This document shows positions 1 to 10,087 of a stretch of 64,000 bases of DNA, one piece after another (positions within the stretch are counted from its first letter, which is position 1; each line of letters starts with the position of its first letter). Source of the DNA: an uncultured archaeon (GTDB lineage: Archaea > Thermoplasmatota > Penumbrarchaeia > JASLWR01); contig CAYSHM010000005.1 in the NCBI GenBank assembly GCA_964430885.1, positions 82,948 through 146,947 on the forward strand, given 5' to 3'. Position numbers and translations under genes: made by a program. The notes below the pieces were generated by a model, which searched no databases, was not told the DNA's origin, and saw only the letters and a list, made by a program, of their open reading frames with translations.

Positions 1-157
1 ATGCGATGTGGCAAAATTATATTTAAACAATGCTCTTCTTTTTGGCACCCTTCAAATAATCTCGGGAAAAATGATAAAAAGAACTCCTATTATGGTGTCG
101 ATTGAACGCATTTATTTAATTTTACTTAGTATGTGATTCGTCGGGAACGTGATTATT

Positions 158-1462
158 ATGACTTGTAAAGCAGATGGAAAATACTGGGATCCAAAACTGG
201 AAACATTGCCTGCCAGTAAATTGCAGGAGCTTCAATTGAAAAGATTGAGATGGACAATCAAACACTCCTATGATAACAATGAGTTCTACAGAAAAAAGCT
301 AAAAGGAGCAAATGTAGCACCGGATGACATTAAAAGCCTTGATGATATTCAGAAAATACCATTCCTGACCAAAGACGAGCTTAGAATTTACTATCCCTTT
401 GGACTTTCCTGCGTTCCCATGGATGACATTATGGAGCTTCATGCTTCTTCAGGTACCACTGGGAAACCTGTTGTAGGAATATACAACGATAATGATCTCG
501 ACGTTTGGACGGAGATCATGGCAAGGGGGCTTTACACCAATGGAATGAGAAAGAAGGACCGAATGCAGAACGCCTACGGGTACGGCCTTTTCACGGGTGC
601 TCACGGCTTTGAAAAAGGCGCTCACCGTATAGGCACCCTGGTCGCACCTCTCAGCAGTGGCAATACAAGAAGACAGGTTACCCTCATGAAGGATTTCGAA
701 ACTACTGCATTGGCTGCTACCCCCAGTTTCTGTCTCTATCTAGCCGAGGTGGCAAAGGAGATGGGATTGGAGCCCAAAGACGATTTGAAACTCAAGAGCG
801 GTCACTTCGGTGCCGAAGCATGGTCGGAGGAAATGAGGGATCTGATCCAGGACACCTGGGACATTGAAGCATTTGACCATTACGGACTTACCGAGCTTAT
901 CGGGCCTGGAGTATCTACCGAGTGTGAGATGCATGACGGACTTCACATCAATGCAGATCATTTCTACCCTGAAGTTATCGATTCTAAGACCGGCGAGGTG
1001 TTGGGACCGAATGAGAAAGGGGAACTGGTATTCACCTCCCTCACAAAACAGGCTTTCCCGGCCATACGTTTCAGGACAAAAGATCTATCCATGCTTATTA
1101 CCGAAACATGTGAATGCGGAAGGACCTCTCCCAGACATGCTAGGATAATGGGAAGGGCCGATGATATGATGAAGGTCAAAGGTGTTATCGTTTTCCCCTC
1201 CCAGATAGAGGAAGCGGTGATGAGTGTCGATGGTGTTAGTGGAAATTATGTTATTGTAAAATCCAAAAAGGGCGTTCTGACCCAACTAAAAGTGAGGGCC
1301 GAACCCGTCGCTGGAACGCCAAAAGAGCGGTTTGATAAGCTGGCCAATGAGGTTCAGCAGGAATTGTACAGCATACTCAACATGAACGTCCCTGTGGAGA
1401 TCGTAGAGGTAGGTGCCATACCCCGGAGCATAGGTAAAGCAGTCAGAGTAATAAACGAATAG
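158..1462 (+). CDS. paaK: Phenylacetate/aryl-acid CoA ligase (PaaK / coenzyme F390 synthetase family)
   Basis: 437-aa ORF. Whole-length similarity to PaaK-type adenylate-forming ligases (SSGTTGKP AMP-binding motif, C-terminal KVKGV..P region). The ORF-track start at 149 is GTG; first ATG is at 158. Lies just upstream of iorAB. Confidence 0.8.
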   Translation: MTCKADGKYWDPKLETLPASKLQELQLKRLRWTIKHSYDNNEFYRKKLKGANVAPDDIKSLDDIQKIPFLTKDELRIYYPFGLSCVPMDDIMELHASSGTTGKPVVGIYNDNDLDVWTEIMARGLYTNGMRKKDRMQNAYGYGLFTGAHGFEKGAHRIGTLVAPLSSGNTRRQVTLMKDFETTALAATPSFCLYLAEVAKEMGLEPKDDLKLKSGHFGAEAWSEEMRDLIQDTWDIEAFDHYGLTELIGPGVSTECEMHDGLHINADHFYPEVIDSKTGEVLGPNEKGELVFTSLTKQAFPAIRFRTKDLSMLITETCECGRTSPRHARIMGRADDMMKVKGVIVFPSQIEEAVMSVDGVSGNYVIVKSKKGVLTQLKVRAEPVAGTPKERFDKLANEVQQELYSILNMNVPVEIVEVGAIPRSIGKAVRVINE

Positions 1463-1578
1463 ATAGGAGCTTCGCCGATCTAACATGGAACATTAGATTA
1501 TGAATCCCTGATTGATAACAGAGAATGCTGGAATATATTCACTTTTGGAAAATTTTCTCGAAAATTACTGGTGATAGA

Positions 1579-3480
1579 ATGGATCTCCTGAGCGATGAGA
1601 TAGGTAAGAAGGAACTGTTGCTAGGCAATGAAGCCATTGTCAGAGGCGCTATTGAAGGGGGATGTGCACTGGCGGCTACATATCCTGGTACTCCCTCCTC
1701 TGAAATCGGAAATACCCTGCATAAAATAGCAAAGGATGCTGGAATGTTCTTTGAGTTCTCAGCCAACGAGGCAGTGGCTCTTGAAGTGGCTGCAGGTGCA
1801 GCTGTTGCTGGAGTAAGGTCCTTTGCATTCATGAAACATGTGGGTTTGAACGTGGCTGCTGATGCATTCATGACAATTGCATATACTGGAGTCAGGGGCG
1901 GTCTGGTGGTACTCAGTGCAGACGACCCGCAATGCCATTCATCCCAGAATGAGCAGGATAATAGATATTATGCCAAGATATCCGGCGTGCCCATGATAGA
2001 GCCATCTACACCGGCTGAAGCAAAGGAGATGATGATCTTCGCCTTTGATCTATCTGATAGATTGGAGGTCCCAGTATTATTCCGAACTACTACCCGATTG
2101 AATCACGTGAAAGGAATTGTTGAGTACGGCGAAAAGAAAGAGGTCGTTGGAAAGGTTAAATTCGAGAAGGACCCACATAGGTTCGTTACGGTCCCGGCAA
2201 ATGCAAGAAAGGGACATCTAAGGCTCCTGGCGGCCATGGAAAAGATGAAGGAAGAAACCGAAATATGTTCTCTAAACTATACTGTAAAACCCAAATACGG
2301 GAATAATGAAAACGGGACCAAGGTAGGTATAATTACCTCAGGAGTTACCTACAATTATATCATGGAACTGCTGGAGAACGTTGATCTGGATATTGACGCT
2401 TCAGTATTGAAGCTTGGAATGACAAATCCACTTCCTGAAAGTATGATACTGGATTTCGCTGATGAACATGAACTGCTGATCATCATAGAAGAGCTGGAAC
2501 CATTTCTTGAAGATAGCTTGCTGGCACTGCTGAAGCATAACCGTCGAGATATTGATTTGAAAGGAAAAAGAGATGGACACTTCCCCAGGGCCTTCGAGTT
2601 CAACCCGGATATCGTTTACAAGGGAATGCTTTCTGCCCTGGATAGTGACGCTGGCATGGTGAATGATGAGGAAGAAGGCATCTTAGAATGGAAAAAACTT
2701 CCCGAACCTCCCAGGCCTCCGGTACTCTGCCCCGGTTGTCCCCACAGGGGAGCATATTTTGCTGTGAAAAAAGCTACAAGAGGTAAAGCGATACATCCAA
2801 TGGACATAGGATGCTACACCCTTGGAATCATGCCACCTCAATCCATAGGAGACATCTTGGTCTGCATGGGTAGTTCTGCAGGGTCTGCCGGAGGAATATC
2901 CCGTGTAATTGACGAACCCGTTATCGCGCATATGGGAGACTCTACATTTTTCCATACTGGAATTCCCGCTCTCGTCAATGCGGTCCATAATCGCCACAAC
3001 ATTGTGTTGAATATAATGGACAACTCTACCACTGCAATGACTGGCCATCAGCCCCATCCGGGCCTTCCGATAGACGGTATGGGTGATCCCGCAGTAGCAT
3101 TGGATGTGACAAAGGTATGTGAAGGTTTAGGTGTGGAGTTCATAAGGACGGTGGACCCGCTCAAAGTTAAGGAAACAACTCAGGCGTTCAAAGAGGCTTT
3201 GGAGTTCCAGGGAGCTGCAGTGGTCATTACAAAATCCCCATGTGCCCTTCTCATCGACAGGGCTTACAGGAAAAAAGGGAAAGTCCGGACAAAATATACA
3301 GTTGACCAGGAAAAATGCCGGCACTGCAATCTATGTACAAGACAGTTTGCTTGTCCTGCCTTCTATGTGAAGGACAACGATCACTTTATAGACCCTGCAA
3401 TATGCCTTGGATGCGGCGTATGTGCACAGGTATGCCCGTTCGGTGCCATGGTCCCAATGAAAGAGGAGGTGAAAGAATGA
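1579..3480 (+). CDS. iorA: Indolepyruvate:ferredoxin oxidoreductase alpha subunit (TPP-binding, C-terminal 2x[4Fe-4S] ferredoxin domain)
   Basis: N-terminal POR-like domain, TPP-binding region (GCYTLG, GDSTFFHTG), C-terminal CxxCxxC...CP plus CxxCxxCxxxCP cluster motifs. Likely start is the ATG at 1579 (MDLLSD), preceded by GGTGA; the track ORF begins at 1525. Confidence 0.85.
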   Translation: MDLLSDEIGKKELLLGNEAIVRGAIEGGCALAATYPGTPSSEIGNTLHKIAKDAGMFFEFSANEAVALEVAAGAAVAGVRSFAFMKHVGLNVAADAFMTIAYTGVRGGLVVLSADDPQCHSSQNEQDNRYYAKISGVPMIEPSTPAEAKEMMIFAFDLSDRLEVPVLFRTTTRLNHVKGIVEYGEKKEVVGKVKFEKDPHRFVTVPANARKGHLRLLAAMEKMKEETEICSLNYTVKPKYGNNENGTKVGIITSGVTYNYIMELLENVDLDIDASVLKLGMTNPLPESMILDFADEHELLIIIEELEPFLEDSLLALLKHNRRDIDLKGKRDGHFPRAFEFNPDIVYKGMLSALDSDAGMVNDEEEGILEWKKLPEPPRPPVLCPGCPHRGAYFAVKKATRGKAIHPMDIGCYTLGIMPPQSIGDILVCMGSSAGSAGGISRVIDEPVIAHMGDSTFFHTGIPALVNAVHNRHNIVLNIMDNSTTAMTGHQPHPGLPIDGMGDPAVALDVTKVCEGLGVEFIRTVDPLKVKETTQAFKEALEFQGAAVVITKSPCALLIDRAYRKKGKVRTKYTVDQEKCRHCNLCTRQFACPAFYVKDNDHFIDPAICLGCGVCAQVCPFGAMVPMKEEVKE

Positions 3481-4076
3481 TTGTGAAGAATAATGAAGCA
3501 GTCACCATTCACATCGTGGGAGTCGGGGGGCAGGGCGCACTGACGCTTGCCAAGGTCATCGGAAAAGCAGCATTGGATAAAGATGTCAACATAGTTATTA
3601 CCGAAGTACACGGCATGGCACAGAGAGGAGGAGTGGTTCAGACCACCATAAGACTTGGAAAAGTGAACTCGCCGTTGCCATTCAATTCGGATATAAACCT
3701 CCTTCTGGGATTCGAACCCCTTGAAGTATACAGAGCAAGGGATAAAATAACTCCTCTCACCCATGTAATATGCAATACCGATCCAATTTATCCGACGACC
3801 GTATCTTCCGGCGGAAAGGAATATCCGAAAACCGAGGATATAATTCACGAGTTGAAACAACATGCAAAGGGTTTGACGATACTCTCGGCCAATGAGAAGG
3901 CAGCAGAAACAGGTAATCCAAGGGTTGCAAACATAGTTCTCCTCGGTGCATTGGCAGCGACATCCATCCTACCCTTCACCAAGAACGAACTGGAAAACGC
4001 TATCAGAAAGACAGTACCAAATAGAGCCCTAGAACCGAATATTAGGGGTTTCGAACTGGGATACGAAACTGCTTAA
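3477..4076 (+). CDS. iorB: Indolepyruvate:ferredoxin oxidoreductase beta subunit
   Basis: Starts MIVKNNEAVTIHIVGVGGQG (POR gamma-like glycine motif). The ATG overlaps the iorA TGA as ATGA (3477-3480), consistent with translational coupling. Confidence 0.8.
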   Translation: MIVKNNEAVTIHIVGVGGQGALTLAKVIGKAALDKDVNIVITEVHGMAQRGGVVQTTIRLGKVNSPLPFNSDINLLLGFEPLEVYRARDKITPLTHVICNTDPIYPTTVSSGGKEYPKTEDIIHELKQHAKGLTILSANEKAAETGNPRVANIVLLGALAATSILPFTKNELENAIRKTVPNRALEPNIRGFELGYETA

Positions 4077-4122
4077 GATATCTAATTCTGGAAAATGAAG
4101 TTTGCAGTTTTTCATTTGAAAA

Positions 4123-5958
4123 TCAAATTTCCACCTTGAACACCTCCGCCCACTGCTCATCAATGCCATCATTGTTCTTATCCGTGGCATTCCTATATAA
4201 TAAATTGAACGGGTACTGGCTGAATTTGGCATAGGAAGCGGGTGTCATCGGCTCGGGCACTACACCCACTTTTTCTTGAACTCCAACATCCAGCATGATG
4301 TGGTCAATTACGATAAAAGATACAGGGGGCAGTCGGGTCTGATTTGTGGTGTTCAATTCATTTAGGCAGTCCCTCCAATCTTCAGCAAACCAGAGCCAAT
4401 GTACATCATCTTCATAGGTCAGGTTCCTGAACTCACCCTTGCCGTAGATTACTTGGGCCAGACGGTGATCGGCAGCAACCGTGAGATTCTTATCAAGGTT
4501 GGAGAACATCCAATCTAGAACCGACATGAACTCATGTGAATAATCCTCATTGTACCCGCCCACCGATTCACGCATGGGATAGGACGAGATACCGCTGGAA
4601 ATAATGACCAGAATAACAGTGACTGATATGAATCCTTTGAAAGCTGAAGAAGACCTGATAAATGGCTGGCGGAATGATAAAATGGGGCCCTTTAGCTTGG
4701 ACCTATCTTCTACTACTTTCCCCATTCTATCCCTGTACTCCAATCCCTTTCGGTAATAGCTATACACTCCCAATCCCGCTACAATGCTCAGGGGTTCCAT
4801 TAAGTATTCAAAATGTCTATCAGGGAAAAGAACGCGGTTCCCGGTAATAAGCGCTATTGAAGCTGAAAGAGTGATGGCTATCAACCAGCCCAATATATAG
4901 GCTCGTGCCTCGGATATCCAGATGTACTTCAGACCTAGAACCGTAAAGGCCAAAATGATAACCAGAGGCAGGGAGATAAAAACAACCTTCCAATTCAATT
5001 TTGCCGTTGTGCCGGGAATTGTGATGAAATGAGCTCCTGCCACCATCACTATAACCATCAATAAAACGCAAACCGACAATATCTGAGAATCATTATTGCC
5101 AGTGTATTCAGGCTTTTTTATTTTTGAAAGATATTTTCGCAGATTATCGGACATAAGAAGCATGAACATCAGGGCTACATAGAACGCTATTACAACCGCC
5201 AATGGGAGCATTTGGGTCCCTGATTTCATGAAGGAACTGAAATATCTCCCTGCCACAATAAGCCAATAGGAAAAGGCGGTTATGGTGAATCCCAATAGGT
5301 AGAGCATCTGATTTTTCAGATCCTCATTACCTTTGGGATTGAAGGCATTTCTGAAAAGGATCATCCCTCCTAGCGATATTATGTACATGTATGTGGTCAG
5401 ATGATGGCTCATTATGAGAAGGGCAGAGGTGAGGACCAAAGGTATCAAGAAGCGTTTTTTCCGTGAATATCTCAAGAAAAAATACAGGCTAGATAGCATA
5501 AAGAAATGACCTATAGTGAGGGGCGCGGCATGGGAGGTTTGATAGAGATGTATGGGATTTACAGCCACAAAAGCTGCAGAGATAAGTGCCAATCTCCTAT
5601 TGGCAAACAGATCATTTACAATAAAATAAATAAGTAAGGCTGTAAGGGCTCCAAAAACAGGTGCGGTATAGGTTAATGACTTCATTATCGATAAACCTGT
5701 GAGTATGTGAACAACACCCCCCAATATGTAAAGTATTGGGAAATATTCGTATGATCCGCCCCATCCTTCGTATGTATTGAAAATTGTCCCGTATTTTACA
5801 AAAGAATTGGTCAACCCATAGTACACTCCAATATCATTACCCCATGCCGCATTTGTCCACGCTGGAATAGAGCGCAGAAGAAAAGCAAATACAATTACTA
5901 TAAAAAGAGTAAGACGGATTCTCCTATTCATAAATCCTAAAAAATTATCAATTCTCAT
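4123..5958 (-). CDS. Polytopic membrane protein with C-terminal soluble domain; GT-C-fold glycosyltransferase-like (PMT/ArnT-like), family uncertain
   Basis: 611 aa, about 12 predicted TM helices in the N-terminal two thirds, then a ~200-aa hydrophilic C-terminal domain. No WWDYG motif, so not called AglB. Confidence 0.4.
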   Translation of the reverse strand: MRIDNFLGFMNRRIRLTLFIVIVFAFLLRSIPAWTNAAWGNDIGVYYGLTNSFVKYGTIFNTYEGWGGSYEYFPILYILGGVVHILTGLSIMKSLTYTAPVFGALTALLIYFIVNDLFANRRLALISAAFVAVNPIHLYQTSHAAPLTIGHFFMLSSLYFFLRYSRKKRFLIPLVLTSALLIMSHHLTTYMYIISLGGMILFRNAFNPKGNEDLKNQMLYLLGFTITAFSYWLIVAGRYFSSFMKSGTQMLPLAVVIAFYVALMFMLLMSDNLRKYLSKIKKPEYTGNNDSQILSVCVLLMVIVMVAGAHFITIPGTTAKLNWKVVFISLPLVIILAFTVLGLKYIWISEARAYILGWLIAITLSASIALITGNRVLFPDRHFEYLMEPLSIVAGLGVYSYYRKGLEYRDRMGKVVEDRSKLKGPILSFRQPFIRSSSAFKGFISVTVILVIISSGISSYPMRESVGGYNEDYSHEFMSVLDWMFSNLDKNLTVAADHRLAQVIYGKGEFRNLTYEDDVHWLWFAEDWRDCLNELNTTNQTRLPPVSFIVIDHIMLDVGVQEKVGVVPEPMTPASYAKFSQYPFNLLYRNATDKNNDGIDEQWAEVFKVEI

Positions 5959-6075
5959 GTTCGATTCCCCTAATCTACTCTGTCGTCTGCAAGCCTCATA
6001 TCAATGAAATGGACATCACAGACGAATATCCCGTTGTAAATGATATTGGAGCTATTTGAATGATTTCAGTTCCGA

Positions 6076-9000
6076 TCATGCGGAGAATCTAGGCGGGCGC
6101 GGAACGTAATTCGGGAAAGTGGCGTTCTCTTCTGTTAGTTCAGCCGGTCCTTCTTCCATCAATGTTCCTGAGGGATATTGATCTCCATCTCTAGGATCCA
6201 AGGGTTCCAGTTGAGGGATATATTGAGCATCATCGTCATTATCTTCGGCTGGTACTATCCTGGGAGGAGGAGGGCGCGGGGTCGAAATTGCGACATTAAC
6301 AGCATATAGCCCCCTATCCTGCATTTCATTGCTGTTCATACCATTGTTATAAATGTCATTTTGTTGAAAAGGGCTGCTGCCAGTTTGATATGCGGTATCA
6401 TTTCTAGAGTTAGAGAAAGGCCCAACAGTATAGTGATTACCAGAGCCTTCCCACGGAGATGAATCAGGGGTGATCATAAAATCGCCGACTTCATCACCAT
6501 CATCATCTGTATCACTTCCCTTCTTTATCTTTACCAGGACAAAAATGACCACTGCGAGAATAATCAATAATACCAGCACTAGCACAACAATAATTACAGC
6601 ATTTGAGGATGAACCGTCGTCTGAATTTTCCTGAATGTACCCATTGTTGCCACCATCATCATCCAAATCATCATCGCCGATCCCGCCACCGGGTGAGTTC
6701 GGATCAGAATCCGTGGTCAATGTGAAGTTCCAGACTGGCGAGGACCAATCAGCTATTTCTCCATCCAAAAAGGGCTGAACGGACCAGTAATAAGTAGTGT
6801 CATTCCCACCATTCTCTGGTAACTGATCGAGTATGAAGGTATGATTTGATTGTATCAGTTCATCCGCATATTCTGAACGGGGAGGATTGACCGTTCCCAC
6901 AAGCACAGAATATGTTACCTGCCTTTTTCCAGGATAATCAAGTTCCCATTTAAGATCCGCCTTTTCGCCCTCTATGTTAGCTCCATTACTCGGTTCCTTT
7001 AAGGTAATAATTCCGGTCATTTCAACTGTGAATATCCATTGCTCTGATATATGAGGTGACTCGATACCGTCAAGGACAGGTACAACACGCCAATAATAGC
7101 TCATCATATCCTGAAGGCCTTCAAGTAGGGTATAATTTGAAGACACTCCATTGATTACAGTTCCGTTAATGCCCGGTGAATCACCTATGATAACAATGAA
7201 CTGGAGGGTGGAACTGCCGTTATAGGTGTAGTTCCATTCCAATCCAACCTCCTGACCTGATACCAATCCATTAAGGGATGGGAACAATAAGCCTATTGAG
7301 ACGGGATAACTTACGGAAAAATGGAAAATCTCGGACTGGGGTCCTCGGGATATCCAGTTCAATCGAGCCTTAATACACCAGTAATAGGTGGCCCCATCCT
7401 CCAGGTCCCATAAATTGACCAAACTGCCGGAATTATTAAGTAAATACGGTTCAAGCTCATCTTGCTCGACACCCATAAATATATCGAAGGTCAGCTTTTG
7501 ATTCCCAATATATTCAAAGTCCCAGGCCAACTCTGCATTGTAACCATATACCCAAGAGCGATTGGATGGTTGGGTAAGAGTAATAAGAACATCCAGTTCC
7601 ACAGTAAAATCAAAGACCGCAGAGCTCCAAACCGCCAGGTCTCCGTCAACATAAGGAATCACCTTCCAGTAATATGTCTCACCGTCCTTGAGACCCGTTA
7701 CCATGGTAGTGGTATCCGAAATAAAAGAAGCTACAATCCCCGATGGAGGTGTTTCGGCCCCTAAGAGAACATCAAATCGAACCCCACCCGATCCAGAGTA
7801 ATCCAGGTCCCACTGTAGTTCTATGGAAGTAGTATTGATAATATCTCCCTTATCCGGAAAAGTTGGTTCAACAGAGCCTTGAGGGAGCAGAATGTCAAAG
7901 GAAAATGATATCTCTTGCTCAGTGAAATCTTCATCGTACAGATCGTCATATATCACGGTAACCTCGTCCCCTCCCATCACCTTGATTTCGGAATCCGGTT
8001 TCGATGATGAAGAGGATAGCGTCACCTGACCCTGAAAAATGCCCGTATCATCACCGCTTTCCGTCAAAGAAAAGGTAATGCCTTCATTGTCGCTGTCAGA
8101 ATATATGCTCAGTTGAAGTTCTTCAATTTTTGTGGAATTCCCATTGGCATCCTTATCATTCACAATGACCGTTACTGCCTCACCGGTATAGAAATCTGTG
8201 CCCTGATCCCCGATACCTCCGGAAATCTCAAGGGTTCCAGTTGCAGTACCGTAAATATCCCATAGACTGGAAAAGTAATCGGAAGCTTGATCTGCAAAAC
8301 TGCTGTTGCTTACAAGCAGATTTGTATTAAGCTGATCATAGAGAGCCTCATATGCCCAATTGGTACTCCCCAAAAGGACCTTATCATCGCATAAAATAAG
8401 TTTTGCATGTGTATTCTTGTCAACACTGTCCACCACAGAGGGAATTCTGCTCTCTCTCAATAAATCCAGGGCGTTCAAGTTGTCAGCGCTCACATAATCC
8501 ATATAAGTGGTTTGCTCGAGAATAACCTTCACATCAACTCCTCTGTTGTATGCATTCTCTATTTTGCTTAACAGGATCTGTGCAGCCTGAGATTCGCTTA
8601 TATGATACATAATTAGACGGATTTCATCAGACGCTCCATCAATAATAACCGCAGCCTCATCGTAATATTCATCGCAAACAACGGTTTTTATACCGTTATG
8701 ATCGACTGCTGATAACGTAGGACAAGTGGTCTGGTCCGCCCAAATGCTCTCGTAATAGGATTTGAAAAAAGTTCCAACCGCGGTTGAGTTGACCAATACA
8801 TTCGCCTCATGATTTTCGAAGGTTGATTTCAGATCCCAATTGGTACTGCCTAAAAGCACTTTGTCATCAGCCACAACCATCTTGGAATGAAGTTTAATAT
8901 CATTACCATCCATCTTCACCTCCACACCATTTCCAATCAAATGGTCCTTGGTATCGTTGTTTTCCGGAGGCGTATTATCCATTAGAAATCTGACATCCGC

Positions 9001-9735
9001 ACCCCTTCCGTGAGCATCAATAAGAGACTGGTAAAGCTGGGATACAGAGTACTCCGGATGTGACGGATACAGGATGGAAAGGTACTGAAGAACATAGACA
9101 TAGTCATCTGCTTCCTCTATGAGACCTATGGCTTCTGAGGCGTAATTATTATCGGTAACCAGTTTCCCACCACCACCTTGGACAATGGGTGAATTGAGTT
9201 CGCCCGGAGTCGGAACATTGATGGATTCCCAATTGTCAACTCCGTCAGGAATCCTAGCTATCGAAATATCATCGGCTGTGCTGTCGAATTGAAAAAAATC
9301 CACGATTCCGCTCTGATCATCAAGTAGATTCACCCAGTCTCCTGCGTTATTGAGGCCTACGCCTGTCTGGGAGCCGTAGAATACCATAACCTCGCCGGGA
9401 CCTATACTCGTTCCACCAGGTATGGAATAAGGAGATGTACCACCAGCGGAAACGTCATCCAGCTGCCATCCCGATATGTCAACAGAGGCATCCCCTTTAT
9501 TGTAAAGCTCGATCCATTCGTCATCACCGTAATCCAAGGCGCCTGAACCGTCCCAATCATAGTTCGGATCGGCCAGGAATTCGTTGATAACTATCGGCCC
9601 AGCACGGGTATTTTTTTTTAAAAAATGGCCTAGCTGAAACTTCACCTCAATGTCAGAGTCAGAAGGAAACAAAAAGGCTGATAAGAGTGAAAAGGATATT
9701 AATAACGACAAAATGAAAATAACTGAACTTTTCAT
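6076..9735 (-). CDS. Secreted type-I membrane-anchored surface protein: lamin-tail domain + PLD-family (2x HKD) catalytic domain + 4 Fn3-like (YYW) repeats + TM + Pro-rich cytoplasmic tail
   Basis: Signal peptide MKSSVIFILSLLISFSLLSAF (ATG at 9735 with GGTGA SD; the track start 9759 is TTG). LTD signature PIVINEF..DP..DWD...DEWIELYN...DISGWQL. Two HKD motifs: HSKMVVADDKVLLGSTNW and HAKLILCDDKVLLGSTNW. Four ~100-aa repeats with YYW.V.P..DG....WS..W.F.. Single TM AVIIVVLVLVLLIILAVVIFVLV, then a ~150-aa tail containing PRPPPPR. Confidence 0.7.
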   Translation of the reverse strand: MKSSVIFILSLLISFSLLSAFLFPSDSDIEVKFQLGHFLKKNTRAGPIVINEFLADPNYDWDGSGALDYGDDEWIELYNKGDASVDISGWQLDDVSAGGTSPYSIPGGTSIGPGEVMVFYGSQTGVGLNNAGDWVNLLDDQSGIVDFFQFDSTADDISIARIPDGVDNWESINVPTPGELNSPIVQGGGGKLVTDNNYASEAIGLIEEADDYVYVLQYLSILYPSHPEYSVSQLYQSLIDAHGRGADVRFLMDNTPPENNDTKDHLIGNGVEVKMDGNDIKLHSKMVVADDKVLLGSTNWDLKSTFENHEANVLVNSTAVGTFFKSYYESIWADQTTCPTLSAVDHNGIKTVVCDEYYDEAAVIIDGASDEIRLIMYHISESQAAQILLSKIENAYNRGVDVKVILEQTTYMDYVSADNLNALDLLRESRIPSVVDSVDKNTHAKLILCDDKVLLGSTNWAYEALYDQLNTNLLVSNSSFADQASDYFSSLWDIYGTATGTLEISGGIGDQGTDFYTGEAVTVIVNDKDANGNSTKIEELQLSIYSDSDNEGITFSLTESGDDTGIFQGQVTLSSSSSKPDSEIKVMGGDEVTVIYDDLYDEDFTEQEISFSFDILLPQGSVEPTFPDKGDIINTTSIELQWDLDYSGSGGVRFDVLLGAETPPSGIVASFISDTTTMVTGLKDGETYYWKVIPYVDGDLAVWSSAVFDFTVELDVLITLTQPSNRSWVYGYNAELAWDFEYIGNQKLTFDIFMGVEQDELEPYLLNNSGSLVNLWDLEDGATYYWCIKARLNWISRGPQSEIFHFSVSYPVSIGLLFPSLNGLVSGQEVGLEWNYTYNGSSTLQFIVIIGDSPGINGTVINGVSSNYTLLEGLQDMMSYYWRVVPVLDGIESPHISEQWIFTVEMTGIITLKEPSNGANIEGEKADLKWELDYPGKRQVTYSVLVGTVNPPRSEYADELIQSNHTFILDQLPENGGNDTTYYWSVQPFLDGEIADWSSPVWNFTLTTDSDPNSPGGGIGDDDLDDDGGNNGYIQENSDDGSSSNAVIIVVLVLVLLIILAVVIFVLVKIKKGSDTDDDGDEVGDFMITPDSSPWEGSGNHYTVGPFSNSRNDTAYQTGSSPFQQNDIYNNGMNSNEMQDRGLYAVNVAISTPRPPPPRIVPAEDNDDDAQYIPQLEPLDPRDGDQYPSGTLMEEGPAELTEENATFPNYVPRPPRFSA

Positions 9736-9759
9736 AGATTCACCTATTCCTGTCTGCAA

Positions 9760-10087
9760 CTGGCCATATGCAGCCTATAAATTCCAAAAGAAAATCCGAA
9801 CGCTTTGTCAGTAAGTGTTCTGTAAAATAAATTGCTGTCCTATATTAATCTGTTTCTCAGAATTGGACATATCTTGCAAATGGGGCCATTCTAAAAAACA
9901 TTTCATATCTAAATATACTTTGCAGACCGTCATTTCGAGCTTCATACCAAAACAAATATATTGATACAAATAAATTATTAAGAAACAAGTCGTTTACAAT
10001 ATAGATTAAACTAAGTGTTTTAATTATTAAAAATTCAGGCAATATAAGAAGCGGGCAACTTTGAACAAAAATGCAAGAGGTAATAAC
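9760..10087. promoter_or_regulatory. AT-rich divergent intergenic region between two surface-protein genes; candidate bidirectional promoter (TATA-like ttaattattaaaaatt near 10018-10035)
   Basis: 328-bp non-coding, very AT-rich segment flanked by divergently oriented starts. An SD aagagg lies 7 nt before the ATG at 10088. Confidence 0.3.

Noticed and set aside
740-3324. Multiple 60-160-aa ORFs on the opposite strand or in alternative frames inside paaK, iorA and iorB (e.g. 740-961, 1539-1871, 2683-3057, 3381-3863)
   Set aside because: They are fully nested within well-supported conserved genes and have no start context or family resemblance. Treated as spurious six-frame noise. The same applies to the many short antisense ORFs inside the 15402-22346 and 25917-35060 genes.
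4123-5958. Considered calling this the AglB/STT3 oligosaccharyltransferase
   Set aside because: No WWDYG motif and the size is smaller than typical AglB. Left as a generic GT-C-like membrane protein.
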